Assembly (NCBI GenBank): GCA_044356725.1
Contig: JBIKVS010000002.1
Location: 36,023-100,022 of the forward strand
Direction of reading: 5' to 3'
From: Minisyncoccia bacterium
GTDB lineage: Bacteria; Patescibacteriota; Minisyncoccia; SW-4-49-11
DNA: 64,000 nt
This document shows positions 58,945 through 64,000 of this stretch, piece by piece. The notes under the pieces are model-generated. The model saw only the letters and a list, made by a program, of their open reading frames with translations. It was not told where the DNA came from and made no database searches. Positions within the stretch are counted from its first letter, which is position 1. Every line of letters begins with the position of its first letter. Made by a program: the position numbers and the translations under genes.

Positions 58945-59116
58945 AAAAACTGTCCTCCCTTGGGGGAGGTGGCATCGTAGGTGACGGAGGAGGACTTCCA
59001 TTGAAATCAATTTATAAATCTTTTGTCTACACCCACCACTTCGTGGTCACCCCTCGCCAGCGAGGGACAAAAATACAGGCGCCTGCAAGGTCCCCACACA
59101 ATTCATAATTCACAAT
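58945..59116. repeat. Composite palindromic element, copy N (paired left heptamer tract at 58612-58631)
   Basis: gtcctcccttgggggaggtggcatcgtaggtgacggaggaggac, acacccaccacttcgtgg..cctcgccagcgagggac, caggcg..aaggtcccc, then a right heptamer tract. Confidence 0.85.
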
Positions 59117-60618
59117 TATTTCTCCCCTCCTAATGGGCTATCTTGTTTGATTTTAGCAATTCTTTTATAAACCATTTCGGCACTAATTAACTGGATTGGG
59201 ACTCCAATTCCTGGATTGGTGCCGGCTCCGACATAGTATAAATTTTTAACCTTCTTGGAATAATTATTTGGCCTAAATATAGCTGTTTGATTGATAGTGT
59301 GAGCTAGCCCGAGAGCGGTTCCTTTATAGGCATTATAATCTTGCTGAAAATCTTTGACGCTGTATAGTCTTTTATAAATAATCCTATCTTTCAGGTCTGT
59401 AATATTCATTTCCTCTTGCATAATAGTCAAGATTTTGTCCGCATAAGCTTCAAGATGCTCCTCAGTATACTCAAGTCCAGCGGCGATTGGGACTAATACG
59501 AATAAATTCTCATCCTCTGCTGGGGCTACATTAGGATCGGTTTTAGATGGGGCACAGACATAGAGAGAGGGATCTTCCGGCCACATTGGATCATCGAATA
59601 TTTGCTTAAAATTAGTTTTCCAATCTTGGGAAAATAGTAGATTATGATGTACTAAAATATCTACTTTACCTTTGATTCCTAGATACATAATCAAGGCTGA
59701 TGGGGCTAGAACTTTTTTATCCCAGTATTTCTCGTCATATTGTCTATTTTCGGCTGGGAGTAAATTCATTTCGGTATGAGTCATATCAGCATTGGAGACA
59801 ACTATATCGGCTTTGACTATTTCTCTTGATTCTAATTCTACTCCTACGGCTTTACCTTGCTCAACTATAATTTGCTTTACTCCATTGCTACTAACTAGTT
59901 TTACCCCGTTTTTCTTGGCTATATTAACTAAGGCTTCAGTAATTTTATACATTCCACCTTGTGGGTAAAATACTCCCATATTAAAGTCAATATGATTCAT
60001 TATGCTGTATAGTGCTGGGGTATTATATGGGGAACTTCCCAAGAATACTAGTGGATATTGTAGAACTTTTTTAACTAAATCATTTTTGAAATATTTACTG
60101 ACATAGGCGTCCATATCACTGAATACGGATAATTTGGAGCCTTCTATCATTGTCCTGAAGTTGATAAAATCAAAGATAGAATCATAATTCTTATACATAA
60201 AACCTTCTTTGGCGATCTCATATTGCTGGCGGGCTTTATCTAAATATTCTTTTAGTTTCTCCCCCGCTCCTGGTTCTAGCTCTTCTAATACTGGGATATC
60301 TCGCTCTAAATCAGAGAACATATCGATGACTTTATTATCATCTTTGAAAAATATTCTATAAGATGGCTCTAGTCTGATTAGTTCTAAGTGATCTTCCACT
60401 TTTTCTCCCATAAATTCAAAAAAGTTCTCAAAGACATCTGGCATTAGATACCAAGATGGTCCCATATCAAACTTAAATCCTTCAGCTTCAAAAACATTAG
60501 CTCGTCCCCCTAAGTTTTGGTTTTTCTCATATAGACTTACTTCATAACCTTTACGAGCTAAGATACAAGCAGTGGCCAATCCACCAATTCCTCCACCAAT
60601 AATTATGACTTTTTGCAT
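59116..60618 (-). CDS. crtI: Phytoene desaturase family carotenoid desaturase
   Basis: IIGGGIGGLA, GGRA..GFKFDMGPSWYLMP, YPQGG, GTALGLAH..Q..FRP and YYVGAGTNPGIGVP. Confidence 0.9.
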   Translation of the reverse strand: MQKVIIIGGGIGGLATACILARKGYEVSLYEKNQNLGGRANVFEAEGFKFDMGPSWYLMPDVFENFFEFMGEKVEDHLELIRLEPSYRIFFKDDNKVIDMFSDLERDIPVLEELEPGAGEKLKEYLDKARQQYEIAKEGFMYKNYDSIFDFINFRTMIEGSKLSVFSDMDAYVSKYFKNDLVKKVLQYPLVFLGSSPYNTPALYSIMNHIDFNMGVFYPQGGMYKITEALVNIAKKNGVKLVSSNGVKQIIVEQGKAVGVELESREIVKADIVVSNADMTHTEMNLLPAENRQYDEKYWDKKVLAPSALIMYLGIKGKVDILVHHNLLFSQDWKTNFKQIFDDPMWPEDPSLYVCAPSKTDPNVAPAEDENLFVLVPIAAGLEYTEEHLEAYADKILTIMQEEMNITDLKDRIIYKRLYSVKDFQQDYNAYKGTALGLAHTINQTAIFRPNNYSKKVKNLYYVGAGTNPGIGVPIQLISAEMVYKRIAKIKQDSPLGGEK

Positions 60619-60683
60619 ATATAAATAATTTAACTTTATATCTCTATTATAGCATACATTTAGAGATATAAGTATGTTATAAT

Positions 60684-60899
60684 ATGATTACTCTATTTGA
60701 AGGTTTAGCGATGACTGATTGGCAAATTTTGCTAGGAGTTGGGATAATATTCCTTATAGTAGCCGCTATAAGCTTTATATCTCACCTAAGAACTCCAAAA
60801 GATAAGAATAAAAATGAGCAAACACATCCCTATCAAATAATACTTTGGGTAGATATTGGAATCATATTAACTAGCATTGTATTCTATATTTTTAGATAA
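60684..60899 (+). CDS. Small two-TM membrane protein
   Basis: Two hydrophobic helices; extended -10 tgttataat directly upstream. Confidence 0.6.
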   Translation: MITLFEGLAMTDWQILLGVGIIFLIVAAISFISHLRTPKDKNKNEQTHPYQIILWVDIGIILTSIVFYIFR

Positions 60900-61045
60900 G
60901 AATATCCGAACAGTTTTATTCTAAAGCCTCGCATCACTCACGGGGCTAATTTTTTGCCTTTAAATCAATTCTCTATGGCTCAAATTATTTGCAATTATTT
61001 TTTAGATATGGTATAAAGAATATGTTGTTGCTTTGAGCAAAATAG

Positions 61046-61204
61046 ATGATTACCAGCCCAGTTTATGATCCATTTGACGAGTTCAGCCCCCCTCCAGATA
61101 ACCCACCCTGTAATAGGGATTGCGCAAAATGTAAAACAAAAAAGGAGCTGGAGAAAGTACAACCGAATCAACCACCACCACTAAACACCCCACCCCCGGA
61201 CTAA
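61046..61204 (+). CDS. Small Pro-rich protein with CxxxCxxC (52 aa), not in the ORF track
   Basis: MITSPVYDPFDEFSPPPDNPPCNRDCAKCKTKKELEKVQPNQPPPLNTPPPD; upstream TTGCAA/TATAAA promoter-like site; terminator acccccgga..tccgggggt + T-run. Confidence 0.4.
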   Translation: MITSPVYDPFDEFSPPPDNPPCNRDCAKCKTKKELEKVQPNQPPPLNTPPPD

Positions 61205-61322
61205 CATTGGTCTCCGGGGGTCTTTTCTTTTTATACTATAATTTCATTTATAAAATATCTCTAAACCAAAAAAGTAGATAATATATACAAGACTATCTAC
61301 TTTTTATATGCTGAATATATAC

Positions 61323-61616
61323 TTATTCTACAGCTGGAGTTTCTTCAAATAGAGGTTCTGACATCATATCACTTTCCATATCTAAACTTGGATCTGATAC
61401 AGTATCATCTAACGGTAATGTTTCTATACTTTCTAGTGTATCATCTTCAACTTGAACATTATTAACTACAGGTGTTACCTCTGATGTAGTATTATTAATA
61501 GTCTCATATGTTAAATTAGAAAATTGCCCATAAAAGAATAATGCTGCTGAAGCAATTGCAAATACTAGTAGAAGATAGGTTGTGGTATTGCTAAGTTTGG
61601 TCTGTAATATTTTCAT
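61323..61616 (-). CDS. Hypothetical membrane-anchored acidic protein
   Basis: N-terminal TM helix followed by a D/E/T/P-rich tail. Confidence 0.6.
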   Translation of the reverse strand: MKILQTKLSNTTTYLLLVFAIASAALFFYGQFSNLTYETINNTTSEVTPVVNNVQVEDDTLESIETLPLDDTVSDPSLDMESDMMSEPLFEETPAVE

Positions 61617-61733
61617 ATATTCATATAATTTATATTTGTTAATAATTATAAATTTATTATATGCTATTTTATTTTTTTATGCAATAGGAAAATTATAATT
61701 TTTATGGTATAATTTCAACAGTTGATATATTTT

Positions 61734-63032
61734 ATGGTTAAAAAGTTTATAAAAAAACAATATAATAGCCCTCTCTTTAGAGGAGGTATGATTATGTTTG
61801 TCAGCTCTTTTGGGGTGGGTGCTTTGAATTATATTTTCAATATTATTGTTGCTCGTATTCTAGACAAAGAACAGTTTGGGGCTTTTTCTAGCCTCTTTTC
61901 TCTTTTGACTATTCTCTTAATTCTAGGTGGTGGAATTAGTTTAGTATTAATCAAATTCTCAGCTGTATTATATGCTAAAAAAGATTATACTGCTCTAGCT
62001 AATTTTATTCGACTTGCCTTTTACTATTTAGGCTTTGCTTCGATTGGACTAATGATTATATTTGGAATAGCAAGTCCATTTATATATGACTTCTTAAAAT
62101 TAGAATCTTTTGGGCCTCTGATTATCTTAGCACTGTCCATTGGCCTAGCTCTAACTGGGTCTGTGGGTGGTAGTGTCTTAAAAGGGATACAACATTTTGG
62201 TCAATCTTCCGGATCAAGTATTGTTGGAGCTATCACCAAAATACTAGCTTTAATATTATTTACCTTGCCATTTTGGCCAATGTCACCTGTAACTGGAGCT
62301 ATGCTATCTGTGCCTGCTTCAGCAATGATTATGATTGGCTTAGATTTATTTTTCTTAAAAAATATCTTGGCGAAATATAATCCCAAAAAACCCAAATTAC
62401 CTCATTTTGCCTGGAGAGATGTATTAGTCTACAGTATCCCTGCTACTATAGCTGTATTGGGAATTACTATGTTAAACTCAATTGATGTGATTCTTGCTCG
62501 AAACTATCTATCCCCTGAAGCATCAGGAGATTATGCTGCACTGGCAACTCTAGGTAAAATTATATTTTTTGCTACCTCAGCCATCCCAATGGCTATGTTC
62601 CCAATAGTCTCAGCTCGTCATGCTGTGAATGAGCCTCATCGAAAAATGCTTTTTGCTTCTTTGGGTGTAGTAGGTTTGATGAGTTTAGGTGCTTTTGGAG
62701 TTTATCAGTTTTTCTCTGAGTTTATAATTACTCTGTTGATTGGAGAAAAATTCTTATCTACAGCTCCATTATTAGGTAAGTTTGCCCTGATTATGGGTAT
62801 GTACTCCCTAGTAAATGTGATTGTAAACTACTATCTATCCATTCAAAAATATACTCTCAGTATACTTCCCTTATTAGCTAGCATTGCTTTAATTGTTATG
62901 ATGAGATATAGCCCTAGCTCTGTAGAACAAATTGTTAATACTGTTTTCTGGAATATGACTGGATTATTCATACTCACTATAGTCTTAAGTATTTATCAGA
63001 GCTGGAATAAGAAAAAAGATTTGAAAAGTTAG
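61734..63032 (+). CDS. Polysaccharide flippase (Wzx/MATE-like); probable start ATG 61734
   Basis: About 12 TM helices; LNYIFNIIVARIL...FG and SIDVILARNYL...GDYAA..LGKI..MFP. Confidence 0.85.
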   Translation: MVKKFIKKQYNSPLFRGGMIMFVSSFGVGALNYIFNIIVARILDKEQFGAFSSLFSLLTILLILGGGISLVLIKFSAVLYAKKDYTALANFIRLAFYYLGFASIGLMIIFGIASPFIYDFLKLESFGPLIILALSIGLALTGSVGGSVLKGIQHFGQSSGSSIVGAITKILALILFTLPFWPMSPVTGAMLSVPASAMIMIGLDLFFLKNILAKYNPKKPKLPHFAWRDVLVYSIPATIAVLGITMLNSIDVILARNYLSPEASGDYAALATLGKIIFFATSAIPMAMFPIVSARHAVNEPHRKMLFASLGVVGLMSLGAFGVYQFFSEFIITLLIGEKFLSTAPLLGKFALIMGMYSLVNVIVNYYLSIQKYTLSILPLLASIALIVMMRYSPSSVEQIVNTVFWNMTGLFILTIVLSIYQSWNKKKDLKS

Positions 63033-63083
63033 ATTTTTTGTGATATATTGAGTTTACATTTTATGTTCTTTTTGGAGAATTTT

Positions 63084-63365
63084 ATGCAATTAAGACAATG
63101 GTTTTCTGATCGACTACCAAACCCTAGAAGCTCAATAGAAAGCGATGTTAGAAATTTACTAATAAGCTTTATATACGAATATTATATTAAATATAATAGA
63201 TTTGTTACAGTAGTTGAAATTTGGAAAATGTTTCAAAAGCATCCCAGTATAAAAAATGATAGAGAGTATATACTATTCTTTTTGTTAATCTTAGGTAACT
63301 ACAAAGCTAATGCTAAACTATATTTAGATGCGTCTCATAATATAATTCAAACTGAACCCGAGTGA
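63084..63365 (+). CDS. Hypothetical protein (probable start ATG 63084)
   Basis: GGAG RBS before ATG; promoter-like TTGAAA/TATATT upstream. Confidence 0.45.
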   Translation: MQLRQWFSDRLPNPRSSIESDVRNLLISFIYEYYIKYNRFVTVVEIWKMFQKHPSIKNDREYILFFLLILGNYKANAKLYLDASHNIIQTEPE

Positions 63366-63453
63366 CACTTATGCGCTCGGGTTTTAAATTTATAAAAGTA
63401 AAAAGCCACTATGACAAAGCATGTGGCTGATAAAAAATATAATTCAAATTTAT

Positions 63454-63693
63454 TTAAAGTCTCACTTTGCGACTTATTTTGCGCCACAATAAGTACCAAC
63501 TGTTGATTTGTATTCCATTAAGTTCTAATGTCGCTCTTTTACACCTTTTTTCCAGACCTATAAAGTATTTATCAAACTTGTCTGGATCTTCAGAATATAA
63601 TCTATCTAAACTTAACAATCTCAAATCCTCAATTTGTGATTTAACCTTTCTGAAAAGATGTCTAATTTTGACAAATTGAGATTGTGATGTCAT
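63454..63693 (-). CDS. Hypothetical protein
   Basis: ORF coupled by an ATGA overlap to an upstream small ORF; convergent terminator at about 63400-63430. Confidence 0.45.
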   Translation of the reverse strand: MTSQSQFVKIRHLFRKVKSQIEDLRLLSLDRLYSEDPDKFDKYFIGLEKRCKRATLELNGIQINSWYLLWRKISRKVRL

Positions 63694-63851
63694 TGTACGC
63701 GCTTAACAAGTGAGGTGTTTCTATTGTCATTTTTATCCTGTTGCCAGACTAAAATACCTATACTAAGACATGACACAATCAAAAGTATGAATATGCATAA
63801 ACATGCATTAGTAAAACTTATTTTAGATTGTGGTTGAATAAGCTTTGACAT
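63690..63851 (-). CDS. Small single-TM protein (53 aa), not in the ORF track
   Basis: MSKLIQPQSKISFTNACLCIFILLIVSCLSIGILVWQQDKNDNRNTSLVKRVQ; its TGA overlaps the ATG of the 63693 ORF. Confidence 0.45.
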   Translation of the reverse strand: MSKLIQPQSKISFTNACLCIFILLIVSCLSIGILVWQQDKNDNRNTSLVKRVQ

Positions 63852-64000
63852 AACCAGACAAATGTCAAGGTACTGTATAGGACGAATACATCGTGGAAAA
63901 ATTAGAGAGGAAAGAGAAAGGAGATAAATAGTTAAGAGAAGTATGAGGACGTTTAGTATTATAATAGTAAATGTATTCTATTAAAGATTTGTTAAAATCT

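Noticed and set aside
45572-59116. CRISPR array or integron attC array interpretation of the repeats
   Set aside because: No constant repeat-spacer periodicity, no cas or intI gene, and no consistent RYYYAAC/GTTRRRY ends.
2688-62395. Numerous 60-130 aa antisense or nested ORFs within long genes (e.g. 24373-24771, 30830-31231, 47194-47481, 55279-55581)
   Set aside because: They lie fully inside well-supported genes in another frame or strand and have no motifs.
1-64000. Alternative genetic code (UGA=Gly, as in Gracilibacteria/SR1)
   Set aside because: Long conserved genes are intact under code 11, and TGA ends genes at natural termini (e.g. rfbC, the 23.6-kb pilin).

Overview
AT-rich bacterial chromosome segment whose gene content and style point to a Patescibacteria/CPR organism using genetic code 11 (inference). 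Supporting signs are a short Rel/SpoT, type 2 IleRS, archaeal-type ValRS, a pentose-phosphate gene set, large pilin-fusion proteins and extended -10 promoters close to start codons. Core genes include gyrB, miaA, mreB, murA/murE, rpe/tkt/rpiB/gnd, ruvA, serS, ileS, valS, dnaX and tRNA-Leu(CAA). Accessory content includes a redox cluster, alpha-glucan genes, rfbCD, a dispersed C50-carotenoid-type gene set (idi, a picocyanobacteria-like but motif-degenerate crtE, crtI, a crtEb/lyeJ-like gene, cruF) and a type I R-M locus split by cargo (Fic, KAP NTPase, small ORFs). The most unusual features are non-coding. At least 13 intergenic mosaics are built from a shared kit of GC-rich palindromic modules, several bracketed by inverted heptamer tracts. 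These mosaics flank self-contained promoter-to-terminator cassettes carrying rod-like candidate ncRNAs, micro-ORFs and a tRNA-Pro-like gene lacking its anticodon. A pilin also carries a phage-like Gly-rich module nested between short direct repeats. No transposase, integrase, reverse transcriptase or CRISPR array was seen. All calls come from reading the sequence by eye; no searches were run.
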